From contig MU004181.1 of the NCBI GenBank assembly GCA_010093605.1, positions 3,658,001 through 3,722,000 of the forward strand: a stretch of DNA of 64,000 bases, in the 5' to 3' direction. This document shows, one piece after another, positions 24,279 to 34,799 of this stretch; position 1 is the stretch's first letter; each line of letters opens with the position of its first letter. Below the pieces are notes generated by a model. It ran no database searches and was not told where the DNA came from. It saw nothing but the letters and a program-made list of their open reading frames with translations. The translations under genes were made by a program, and so were the position numbers. The DNA is from Lophium mytilinum. Taxonomy: Eukaryota.

Positions 24279-24953
24279 TCACTCGGAATACCAATCTTTG
24301 GGGCGAGAACTCCATCTCGAGTCTCTGTCCGATTTCCCATTTCCTTTGGGTAATTTCCCATTTCCTATGTCCCTGTTTATTTTTTCCACCCGCTTTACCC
24401 TCTCCTCCGCGGTCTCTTTATCCCTGATGGACTTCTCATTCTTGTCCTTCAATACCACAATTTCCCTCACATACTTCTCATTCCTGTCTTGGAGAGCCTC
24501 GATCCTGTCCTTCAATTTCTCATTCTCCCTCATGGACTTCTCATTCCCGTTTTCGAGCGCCTCGATCTTGTCCGTCAAATCCACATTCTTACTCCTGACT
24601 ATTTCGTATTTCAGGGAAATGTCGGTCTTCTCCTTCTTCAGATCCCTGATCATTGCCCTTTGCTCATCAACCCTCTCCTCAAGCTCATCGCAGTGCCTTC
24701 GATACCTCTCCACACTGGAACACCGCTCGCACGAATGCTGAACATGCTGGAAACTGAAGCTCGGGCGAGGCGAGCAGTACGAACGCGTGACGTGTATGCA
24801 GGGCATTTCGGGTCGGTTCGATTCTAACGATTCCGTTTCGACTTTCTTTGGAGGAGAGTGGGGCCACCGATGTCTGGGATGGAAGAGGCTTTCTTGTCCT
24901 GCGCTTGGTGTGAAGCTCGTACTACAGCCGCGCTGGACGCTGCTATATACCAA
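24279..24953 (-). CDS. Hypothetical coiled-coil protein with internal ~21-aa repeats (start uncertain)
   Basis: Charged heptad segment LTDKIEALENGNEKSMRENEK / LKDRIEALQDRNEKYVREIVV / LKDKNEKSIRDKE. The 5' part of the ORF is unconvincing. Confidence 0.45.
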   Translation of the reverse strand: MVYSSVQRGCSTSFTPSAGQESLFHPRHRWPHSPPKKVETESLESNRPEMPCIHVTRSYCSPRPSFSFQHVQHSCERCSSVERYRRHCDELEERVDEQRAMIRDLKKEKTDISLKYEIVRSKNVDLTDKIEALENGNEKSMRENEKLKDRIEALQDRNEKYVREIVVLKDKNEKSIRDKETAEERVKRVEKINRDIGNGKLPKGNGKSDRDSRWSSRPKDWYSE

Positions 24954-25456
24954 ACCGTGTATCCATCACGCTCAAAGAAAAGTCGTCAACAATACTGCCA
25001 TGTCTCAATCTTAGCAAAGCGGCGATTTGACAAAGCTGTTTCTGTTGTTCTATAGACCGTGACATCTAGAATCAGAAAGGCAGTTTGGTGTACGGATTGA
25101 AAGCTTCAGATGCGGTTTGGAGGTTGGATAATGGATCGAAGTATTCTAGATCTTACTACGCATGCTAGCAATGAGTGTTCTGAAAGAAGACCTCTGAGAA
25201 AACGTCGATATGTCTTAGAAACTCGTAAGCGGGAATGTTCCAATAGCGCACATCTCACCAAAAACGAATTTGAGGTCTTGAATCAGAAAGGCGGCGGGAT
25301 TCACACGTGTGAGGTCGCACATTCCGTTTCGTTTGAGCGAAAGATAATGCTTTGAAGCGGCCCAAACACTGACAGGCGGTTTCAAGTCAGAACAAGAAAG
25401 ATTCATGGTCAGTGCCACGCTATGCCATTCGTCTACAAACTCTACATCCCCCCCTT

Positions 25457-27192
25457 CTAAGCCCCCTTTGACGCATCCCCTGCAGCCTTCTCTGCGGCCT
25501 TGGCAGCACGCTTTGCAGCACGCTTGCCCTGCCCCTTCTGGCCTTCCGCGTCGGCTTTGTCGGCCGGTTCTTCTGCTTTCTGGGGAGACTTGGTGGGGTT
25601 TGGGTTGCCTTTCCATTCGAGCTTCCGGGGCTTCATGTAGTCTTTCACGACCTGAGATGTGTTAGCGGGGAGAGCAGCAAATTATGGGCCTAAAGCGTAC
25701 ATCGTCAGTGACCTTCGCCCTAGCTTCTTGGAAGCCCTTGACGTATGATTGAAGGAGCGTGATACACTCTTTCTTCATTTCGCCGGTGAGCATCTCGCCT
25801 TTCTTGTAGGCGTCGTAGAAGCGGTCTAATTTTTCGTCGTCGTCCTGGGGAAAATTTAGCATTCGTGGCTTTGCTGACCGGCGGATGCGCTGACGACGTA
25901 CCTCGAAGTAGCAAAGATACTGGTATGGGACGTCCACATCTGGGTTCCCGCCTAGCTCCTGATGCAGCTCAAGGGTCTCTTGACCGCCGGAAAATGAGGC
26001 ATTGATTTTCTTCTTGATCTGGTTTGGGGTATCGTCGAGGAAGATTGCAGACATGGGAACACTGGCGCTCATTTTGCCACCCGCACCTGGGAACGATTAG
26101 GGGCTTGCGCTGAATATAGTGACTGCGAGAGATATTTACCTTGGAGACTCGTCAAGAATTTTGAGTGGATGAGGGCCGGTTTTGGTGATGGGCGTGGCAT
26201 TCGGAGCGAGTTGTCACGGACGAGGCGGAAATACGGGTCTTGGTCCTTTCAGAAGTCAGTCAACTGTCTCTGTGGAAGGTGCAAAACGACGTTAGGAGAC
26301 TTACTATAGCGCAAGGAATCAAACATGGAATTGCTGCTGTTGTCGCCTTGCGATCGGCTTCTATGTCGTCGCCCCAGATGAACGGGTAGGAAGAGGCAAA
26401 GGCAGCTACCGCACACATTAGTATAGACACATAGTCATGTGAGCGGCATCGCTTACCGACGCATTGAAGATTAGGGAAGAACACTCGACCGCTACTGGTG
26501 CTGCCATCATATCCAAACGCTCCTCGCATTTGATTGAAGTTGACCAACTTGGAAAACTCCATCGAATTCTCGTAGAAATGGCCATTACTTCCTGATCCCA
26601 TGAACATGAAATCCGAGTATATGAAGGTCTTTTGAAGATCGTAGCCCATCGCAATAACATCTTTCGCATTTTCCTTAGAGAATTGCTTGACAGCTTCGAC
26701 AGTCAGCCCCTCCTTGAATAGGAACTTCTCGTCATCCGTCAACATAATGACTAGCGGCACGTCAAAGACATCCTGTAACCATTTTGTGAATTCGAACGGT
26801 ATGCTATGCCCAACATGTAATGATCCTGCGGAAGGTCCTCGGCCAGTGTAGAGCATGAAAGGGTCTCCCCGCTCGTAGCAATCCAGTATGAGGTCGAAAT
26901 CGCGATGCGAGAAGAAGAGTCCGCGCCGTAACCAGCGGTGGGGTTTCTTGCCGGTCAGCTTCTCGAATCGCTCGAGCGTAGCCTTGTCTAGGAGCTTTGT
27001 GTTCCACTTCTGAGAGATGGCGACGTAGTCAAATTCAAGCGTATTGCCATGCTCGTCCGTTCCCGCTTGTACATCCCAGGGGTTTATCTCTTGCTCAGTG
27101 AGGTGCTTCGCTGGGGTCGTAGCCGTTTCGGCGACTGAAAGAGCTGCGACGGATGGTGGCTCGCCGAGTCCAGTGGAGGCGTTCTCCGCCAT
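25457..27192 (-). CDS. WRS1: Cytoplasmic tryptophanyl-tRNA synthetase, multi-exon
   Basis: LRRGLFFSHRD, LYTGRGPSAGSLHVGH (HIGH motif), KMSAS (KMSKS motif), FSGGQETLELH, GEMLTGEMKK. Joined over several GT-AG introns. Confidence 0.96.
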
Positions 27193-28015
27193 CGTGGTGG
27201 AGGGGTGGATGTGGATTCTAGCGACAAGAATGGAGTTGGCTTCCAGATGAAGAGGTTAGTATTTATTTCAAGTTTTGAGTGTGACTCCAACCAATTTCCG
27301 ATACATAGACACTGTGACTCAAGATAAACAGAAAGTACCACAGTATTAAAAGGGCTTACTTGACAGTTCACAAGCACACAGCAGGCTACACTCGTTTGAT
27401 CTCAGGCAATATATGCAGCTAGAGGTCAATTGGAAAAGTTATAAAGTTCTGTCTACGTCGCGTCTCATCTCCATGTCCCGCTTCAATTTGGCATCCCCGC
27501 GGTACGGCATGCTGACGCGTATGTGGTCGCTATAGTGTGACGTACATGGACCGAGTCTAACGGAGGCAAATATCAGAACGCTGCTATGACCTTGTCGCCT
27601 TCAGAGTCCGTAGATTCGTTCAATCTATGATACAGCTTTCAAATACATCTCGAGAGGTTTCAAGGTTGAGTTCAATATTCTATGCCGAAGTAACGCACGT
27701 GACCTTCGCAAAAGAGGCGGCCGAACGAGCTGGCCGATCGCCGACGTCAAGGCTCTTCTAGCTCCCTCATCGCCCCGTCATTCACGCCTCCTTCCTTCAC
27801 CAACGAAACATCGTTTTCAGACACTGTTGCTGCGGAATACGAAGCTCTGCTTGCTCCCGCAGCAAAACAATGCCCCTCTCCACCATTTGAATCCCCTAGA
27901 CGCATCGCCTCAGCCTACCTAAACATCCCGACGATCCTCCAACCCCTCTCGAACCACAACTACAAACTCTCACACAACATCACCTTTAACACTCTAATTC
28001 CTCCAAACAGCCAAT

Positions 28016-28897
28016 ATGGTCAAATTCTACAGCTCAACCTACGACTACTCCTATCCCTTCCCGGCCGTCACCCTCGCCTACTTTCTGCGCTACCCGAATC
28101 CCTACTCCACCCATGTCCTCTCCACGGACACCATCTCACGCTCCTTCGACCCCGCCACCCAGCGCCTCACCACCGTCCGCCTGCATCTAAAACGCTCAAA
28201 ACTTCCCTCCGCGGTCCTCAAACTCCTCCCCCGCTCCCTCCTCGGCGCCTCCGCCGCCGGCGACTCCCAGAGCTACATCCTTGAAACCAGCACCGTCGAT
28301 GTGAAAGAGGGCGTCATGCACGCCGAGAGCCGCAACCTCGAGTGGACGGGCGTGCTGAGCGTGGTCGAGAAGCAGACGTTCCGCCGGCCGCCCCCGCCAT
28401 CTGACGACCAGGCGTTCAGACAGTGTGAGGGGGCGGCGGAGAAGCATGGGTTTCTGGAGAAGGGTGAGGCGGCGGGACGGACGGATGTGCAGAGCACCGT
28501 CATACTCCTATCGCGACTGGGGCAGTGGAAGAAGAGACGGGCGGCGGGCCTTCAGTCGGAGCAAGATGCGGCGGTGGCGGGCAAGGGGGTTGCAGAAGAG
28601 GAGGCGGAGCAGCCGCAGAAGGTGGGGTTCTTCAAGAGCTGGAGCACGGCGAGCTTGCAGCGCTCGATTGAGCTGATTGGGCTGAAGCGGGCGCGGAGGA
28701 GCCAGCCGAATGCGATGGAGGGGATGAAAGTTGTATTGGAGAGGATGCGAGAAGGAGGTTTGGTCGGGGTGCTGGAGGGCATGCGGAGGGACAGGGAGAT
28801 GGTCACCTCCCATGGGCATCACGGGACTGGACCTAATAAGGTGACCGCTGAGAGTGACCAGGTCATTGAGGACCTTGGGGACTTCCACGAAGATTGA
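28016..28897 (+). CDS. UPS1: PRELI/MSF1 mitochondrial intermembrane lipid-transfer protein (Ups1-like)
   Basis: N-terminal YDYSYPFPAVTLAYFLRYPNPYSTHVLSTDTISR, SYILETSTVD, SRNLEW. Confidence 0.9.
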   Translation: MVKFYSSTYDYSYPFPAVTLAYFLRYPNPYSTHVLSTDTISRSFDPATQRLTTVRLHLKRSKLPSAVLKLLPRSLLGASAAGDSQSYILETSTVDVKEGVMHAESRNLEWTGVLSVVEKQTFRRPPPPSDDQAFRQCEGAAEKHGFLEKGEAAGRTDVQSTVILLSRLGQWKKRRAAGLQSEQDAAVAGKGVAEEEAEQPQKVGFFKSWSTASLQRSIELIGLKRARRSQPNAMEGMKVVLERMREGGLVGVLEGMRRDREMVTSHGHHGTGPNKVTAESDQVIEDLGDFHED

Positions 28898-30015
28898 GTT
28901 CGGAGATGGTGCATGTGTCGCATGGCTATGTGACATGCGTTTAGCGACACTCATTGTAAGATGCCGGAAGCCCTGGGTATTGATCTTAGCGTGGCGTTTT
29001 GGCTTGAATTATCCTCTCCTCCATACTTTCATTCGCTGCTCTGGACTACAATGTCCTTGTCATAGGTTCGTGTGTCCTTTCTAGCCATGCTCTGGATATC
29101 TCAATACGTTTGGCCTTTCCAAACTGTATCGAGACACTTCAAACCGTGGAAATCGGTATGTACACGGTTTGGAAGCCTGTGACGGGTTAGTAGAGCTTGT
29201 GTTATCATTAGCTTTTCGCTCACTCGGGAAACAATTTTGCTGGCGCATGGTTGGCTGGTACGGAAAACATGTAAAGCTAGCACACAAACTCATACTGAAC
29301 CGTCTACGCTTGTATGTCGTCGCTTGAAGTGCTTTTGATACAATTCCATGACTATGAACGACCTACAAAACAATCGGACCGGCGGTGTTAACTATTTTGT
29401 CCTGGAAGGTCAGAGCGAAAAAGGGGTAATATCCCCAAACTCGAAAAGCAACACATATTTGCCAACCTTACGTATCACCAGTGCAATTCCAGTTCATCAA
29501 GTGTTTTCCAATCAACCTCATGCTAGCATTAGAGCTACCAAGATAGTCCCGTATCCACAGACTTTCCGAGTCTACTCCACGTGTCCATTCTATACCTGCC
29601 TATCCCGCCGTCTACAACCCACACCCCATGTAATTTGTATGCCTTTTCCGTTCTCTAGTACCCGAGACGCCACCAACCTCCTCAGCATACAAGTGTTGAA
29701 ACAACATCCCACCGGGAATTGCCACACAAATGCGCCATGCGAAATCCATAACGGCAAGTAGTGCAAAAAGAGAAGACGAAAATGAGCAGAATCAAAGAAA
29801 CGAAACATTAAAAAGGGTGTATGATCGCTCCGGACCAACCCTTGCAAATGACGGATGTGGTCAGAGAAACAGAACAATGTACAATCTGGCATCGTATCAT
29901 TCCGCCAAATGTCGCGGCCAATTTTGTTCGATGCGGAAATCGCTAGTCGTACATGTGTGCAAGTATTGTATAGCTTATCTGTGGGCAAGCGCGGGCGCAA
30001 CGTGCCGCTGCTTGC

Positions 30016-31839
30016 TTAGGAGTCCCAGATAGGTCCGTAGGCGGGTATGCCGCGGCTCTCCATGCCGTAGACGACCTTGCGTGTGACGGTCTCGTTGCTG
30101 AGCACGAACACGGCCTCCGCCTTGTATAGGACGTACATCTGGTAGGCGAGCTGGACGAGGTCGGGACGGCCAGTCTTGCTCGTGTCGAGGATGAGGGCGT
30201 TGGGCTCGATCTCGTTGATCCAGTCGTTGAGAGCAGCGCCGTAGGTGTGCACTGGAGTTCGGGTCGACCAAATCAGCCGGCAGAGCTGGCCTTCGGGACG
30301 ATCCAGGATGTAGCCAAGGCTGGGCCCGATGCCAGAGCCGGTCGTGACAAGGATGATTCGCTGGAAGATGCAGGCCATGCTGAGGGTTCCGTAAGTTGGC
30401 AATCCCTTGACCCAGTACTTCTTGGCTGGGTTCATGATGAGGTCGTGGGTCCAATCGCCAGCGTCGGAGATAACCATGGAGCCACCAGGCTCCCCATTGC
30501 GAGCCGGAAAGGTGGCGAACGGGTGCCATTGTAGAAGGGGTGAGTCCGAGATGAACAAGCAGCTGAAGCGTTTGAGGTTTTGGGTGTAGTGGAGACGCAT
30601 GGCGTGGGATGAGAGTCTCTCCGGTGTGAACTCCCAGTGACGTAGACGCAGCCATGGAAGGATAATTAGAGCAGTGGTCGCAGTAAGCAGCCAGAAGGCC
30701 GGATGTCGGACGATCACCGAGGTTATCGTAACACCAAGAGTCTTGCGGCGGATGTCAACGAACAAAAAAGACTGGACCCAAAACAGTGCAATCGAGAGCC
30801 AGCCGCCCAATCGATGTGTGTACTCGAAAGAATTGTGAGTCCTCGCTCGAATAGACGGATGGGCGAAAACAAGAATGGTCAGGAGCGTCAATAGGAGTGC
30901 TGATGTGGAGCAGAAGAGCGTGATAGAGCTGGAGGCTTCGCCTCGGATCAAGTCCGTAGTGACCATGATGTTAAGTACAATGAACCACATTGTACCAGCG
31001 ACAGCAGCCCCGCTGTGCACGCCTCCGTTCTCGTATACTTTGGCAACTAGTCGCCTGAGTCGTAGTGGAGCAGTCCTGGGGACCATCCAAGAGATGCTGT
31101 AAAGCATATTGACGAAGAAGTCTTGTCGTACAAGAACTGCTATGAAGAAGTTTCCAGATACGGCCGTCGTGACAATTGGAGGTGGCACACTAAGATACCC
31201 ATACTTGAAGAAAACGAGCGCGGCAGCCATGACGTTCGCGAGCAATACAATTGAGAACAAACGTCGATATACCGTGAAGCAGGTATGTCTGAGATGGCGA
31301 AATATTCGCGATTGACGCTTGGCTGGCAAGGTTTCTGGGTCCGAGGCTGCCAGTGGGTCGGAGAGGTCCACGTCGAAGAATTGGAAGTCCTCGCATGAGG
31401 TGGATGGCGTGGATTGAGGAGTGAGCTCCCATTCAAGCGGTTCGACGTCCTTTCCCTTTTCCTCAGACGACAGTATGGCTCCTAGATCTAGAGTGGAGGA
31501 CGAGGGGTTGTGCTCCCAGTCGAAGACGTGGAAGTCCCGACATTTGTGGTGGTCTGCCATGCTGACGGTGTATGCCAACGGAGGATATTGAAACCCATAC
31601 AATGTGGACCTACGTGGGGAAAAGTCGAAGCAGGGCTCGCGGTTGGCTGGTGATGAGCAACCCTGACGTATGTTGGGAAAGTACGGGCCATGTTGAGCGC
31701 ATTGATAAATGCCATGTGGAGGTGGCTCTGGTGGTGAAAGGGGTTCATGCTGAAAGTAGTCGGGGGGATCATTTACTACAATGGAGAAACGGGACGAATA
31801 GTACAGGTCGGCCCAAACCTCAAATTCGGCGTCGTCCAT
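30016..31839 (-). CDS. TmpA-like membrane flavoprotein (ferric-reductase-like TM plus FAD/NAD(P) domain)
   Basis: Multiple TM helices; GGVHSG; HNSFEYTHRLGGW; FAD-type QWHPFATF; NAD(P)-type VTTGSGIGP; terminal AYGPIWDS. Start taken as the first ATG (MDDAEF), uncertain. Confidence 0.82.
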   Translation of the reverse strand: MDDAEFEVWADLYYSSRFSIVVNDPPDYFQHEPLSPPEPPPHGIYQCAQHGPYFPNIRQGCSSPANREPCFDFSPRRSTLYGFQYPPLAYTVSMADHHKCRDFHVFDWEHNPSSSTLDLGAILSSEEKGKDVEPLEWELTPQSTPSTSCEDFQFFDVDLSDPLAASDPETLPAKRQSRIFRHLRHTCFTVYRRLFSIVLLANVMAAALVFFKYGYLSVPPPIVTTAVSGNFFIAVLVRQDFFVNMLYSISWMVPRTAPLRLRRLVAKVYENGGVHSGAAVAGTMWFIVLNIMVTTDLIRGEASSSITLFCSTSALLLTLLTILVFAHPSIRARTHNSFEYTHRLGGWLSIALFWVQSFLFVDIRRKTLGVTITSVIVRHPAFWLLTATTALIILPWLRLRHWEFTPERLSSHAMRLHYTQNLKRFSCLFISDSPLLQWHPFATFPARNGEPGGSMVISDAGDWTHDLIMNPAKKYWVKGLPTYGTLSMACIFQRIILVTTGSGIGPSLGYILDRPEGQLCRLIWSTRTPVHTYGAALNDWINEIEPNALILDTSKTGRPDLVQLAYQMYVLYKAEAVFVLSNETVTRKVVYGMESRGIPAYGPIWDS

Positions 31840-34799
31840 ACCGGCCGGCGGAGGATGTGTGTGAAAGGAAGGAGTAGTATACAGGAAAAGAAAGGAAACG
31901 AATTGCCCTGGCACCGGTGACAGGGAGCGGAAAAGAGGTTATAGCATTGAGAAGAGTAGTTCCGGCTCTTATTAGGCGCTGACACTAAATATCCGTTGGG
32001 GAAGAGGTGGTGAGTGAGGAAAGTGCGGAGGGGGATGTTGAGGTGAATCATGGATTGGTCTTTTTCCCACGTGCGGCCACTCACGAGCGAAGCTGGCACG
32101 TATATCAAATAGAGCTGAGGTCTCAAGCGGACTCACTACCGATACTATGGTGGAGGACTGTTCGGCGGTGCTTAGGGGCGGCGTCCTGTTTCACGGCGTT
32201 ACCTGCCTGTCCAAGGAAGCCACATGCCGAGCGGGTATAAAAGCGAGCGACTCTGCAGAGGTCGCCACTTGTAGCTCAAACAACGCCCGGGGCTTGAAAG
32301 CTCGATGCCTCTGCTGCTTGGGCAAATGAGGAAGGACTGTAGACACATTCCATTGGCTGATCTGTGCCTCTCCGGCAGCATGGATGGCATTAGAATGGTT
32401 TCTCTGCTCGGCATCGTGCCTGCTACTTACTCTCTTGTAAATCCGCCGCGGCGGGAGCATCACTTGCCTGCCGGCTGAATGGTGCCGTATCGAGGACGCA
32501 ACAGAATCGTGCCCAGCAACGGTTGAGGTCGTACTGTGCGCGTGTTTGAGCTGTGGAGTGCAACAACGCGACTCGGAGCAGGTAGTCTGCATTCCTTTCT
32601 CGGCCGTTGCCCAAGCCACTGTTTCAGGCGAAGACCTGAAGTCAAAACATGGAGCAGCTGTTACGACGGTAATTGTGGAGGCGGCGTTGATGAGCAGCCC
32701 TCTGGAGTGGGCGTTGCTGGAGAGAAAGGCAACACGGACAACACTTCGACGTTTACCACAAACTCGATCAATGCCCTCGACCGTAGGCGTCGCCTGGGGC
32801 CCGTTGCGCCATCTGTACGCCTGTTCGCGATCTGGAGATCCCGAGTCCCTAATCACAGACTACGCGCCTTCCGGGTGCCAGGCCGAGATCTCCAGGGGGA
32901 TACAAGCGGCGCAGGCCCCAGCTCGCCATCAAGCGTCCCACGCGGACGCGTCCAGAGACGGGCAAGAGCATGCATACGACCTGGTACCTGGTAACTCTGG
33001 ACCGAGCAGCTTCGTAGGACGAAAGGGATGTTTGTTCATTCCGAGAACTTTAGTCCCGCGCGGAGGGCCAACGGTCGTTTGTCCTCTGTCACACAGCCTC
33101 GTTCGTACTCCGATTCCATGTGCAGATTCAGCAGCGCCTGCAGCAAATCCCCAGCCGCCGCCATGACATCCGCCTTGCCACGAGGGATCTTGCTAGAGTT
33201 CCGCCGGCTTGCAGTAAGCCACATCTGCCTGCTCTTTCGTCATGGCGAAGCCTTTGCTAGTCTTGTTTCTGTTCGACCTGTCTGGCTGATACCGTCACTG
33301 CAGCAGAGCCAGATGATGGATATCAGCCAGCCTTACAAAAGGGTAGAGTTTGCAAACGTGTGACAATTCCTGAGTATATAGGATATTGACTGTGAATGCC
33401 TGAGGCACTGCTCAGTTAGGCTTGACCCCCTCAAGGGAGTATGAGATCAAAGCGTCTTGAAAAAACCTGGTCCTGACCTGGCATCTCATCTCCTACAATA
33501 GCAACCCATATATATATTGGAATCTCACATAATAAGCCCGCTTCTGGAGGTTATGACTCTGGTCAATGAGTAAACCTTTCTCAGCATGCTCCTTATCTCA
33601 AAGAACCGGGTCGTACTGTTGATGCGTACCTATGTACTGGTAATGTCTCCTTGCTTTGTTCCTCCGCGGATCGGGTGATCTCCAGGTAGCCAGATTTCAC
33701 AGGAGTACCTCATTGTGAGACCTGAGCAGTCTCTTACACCTAGAAACTGCCGCTTCGAAGAGGCAAGGTGGAGGGGAAGTCATGCGGTTGCGGTCGTCGA
33801 TTTACAAGACTATAGACGTTAGCATAATACACTTCTGATCCAACTATTTGAGATACTTCAAGTTATTGTCCTCTCAGCATTTTGCAGTCCGAGAGTGGCT
33901 CTTTGCGCACCCCAGCAGCTTACAGCTGTCTTTCCTTTAGAATCAAGGTCCAGAGTTAGTGACAGTGATACCTAGTGGTTGCTTTAGCGATCAAGAGGAA
34001 AACCTATGGATCTGATGAGGTAGTAAAAAGACTAGCTAGTGTAACTTCTCGCTGTACGGAACAGACTACCTACAAGAGAGCGCTTTACCGAAGGTGAATA
34101 AAAGGAAAGCCAAACCTGTATCCATATTTGTTTTCACATCAATGCTCAAGTGCTGAAATTCATTGCCCCCCTGTGTTCGGTTTCCAGGGTATCACGTGAC
34201 GATATGAGTCCTCGCAAAGCATGCGATATGGACAATCATCGAGCCGTGTTTCGATAAAACAAACTAGCACGTTTACTAAATAGGAGAGGGTGAGAATTTC
34301 TGATTTGGGCTTTGCTCTAAGCACAAAGAGCGAGGACATTTGTCCTGCCATTCGAGACTCACCGAGGTTTTCAATGTCAAAGAAGACCTGGTCACTTATG
34401 CTTTTGAAACACGACGTCTTTGTACCAAAGCCACTTGCTTGATGGCGAGGATATAGACGACTTTGCGACGTGCCTTATAGAGGACGTGGTGATCGTTTGC
34501 AAGGGGGTCACGAGTCAGGAGGAAGGAAGAAGCGCTTCTTGGCACTACGTCACCTCCGCCAGGGGTCACATGGCCACTAGGTAATTTGGGCCAGAAGCGC
34601 CAACCTCCTGCATCCTTGGCTCCTTTCCAGAGCACCACAACAAACTCCGCATTATTATTTTCTCTCATGGATCGCGCTTTCGACTAACTCTTGTAATACC
34701 CGACCTCAATAAAATCCTCCACACCGTGCTGGACATGATGCGATGACGCAACTCCACACAACACTACGCCAACAAGACTAAGTACTGTGTAACGCGATA

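Noticed and set aside
9680..31839. Acyl-CoA ligase plus TmpA-like gene as an AfeA/TmpA-type pair
   Set aside because: They are about 18 kb apart, separated by core genes, and the ligase is not obviously AfeA-like.
32000..34700. Overlapping ORFs such as 32191..32856 and 32546..33166
   Set aside because: GC-rich promoter-region ORFs with non-ATG starts or no motifs.
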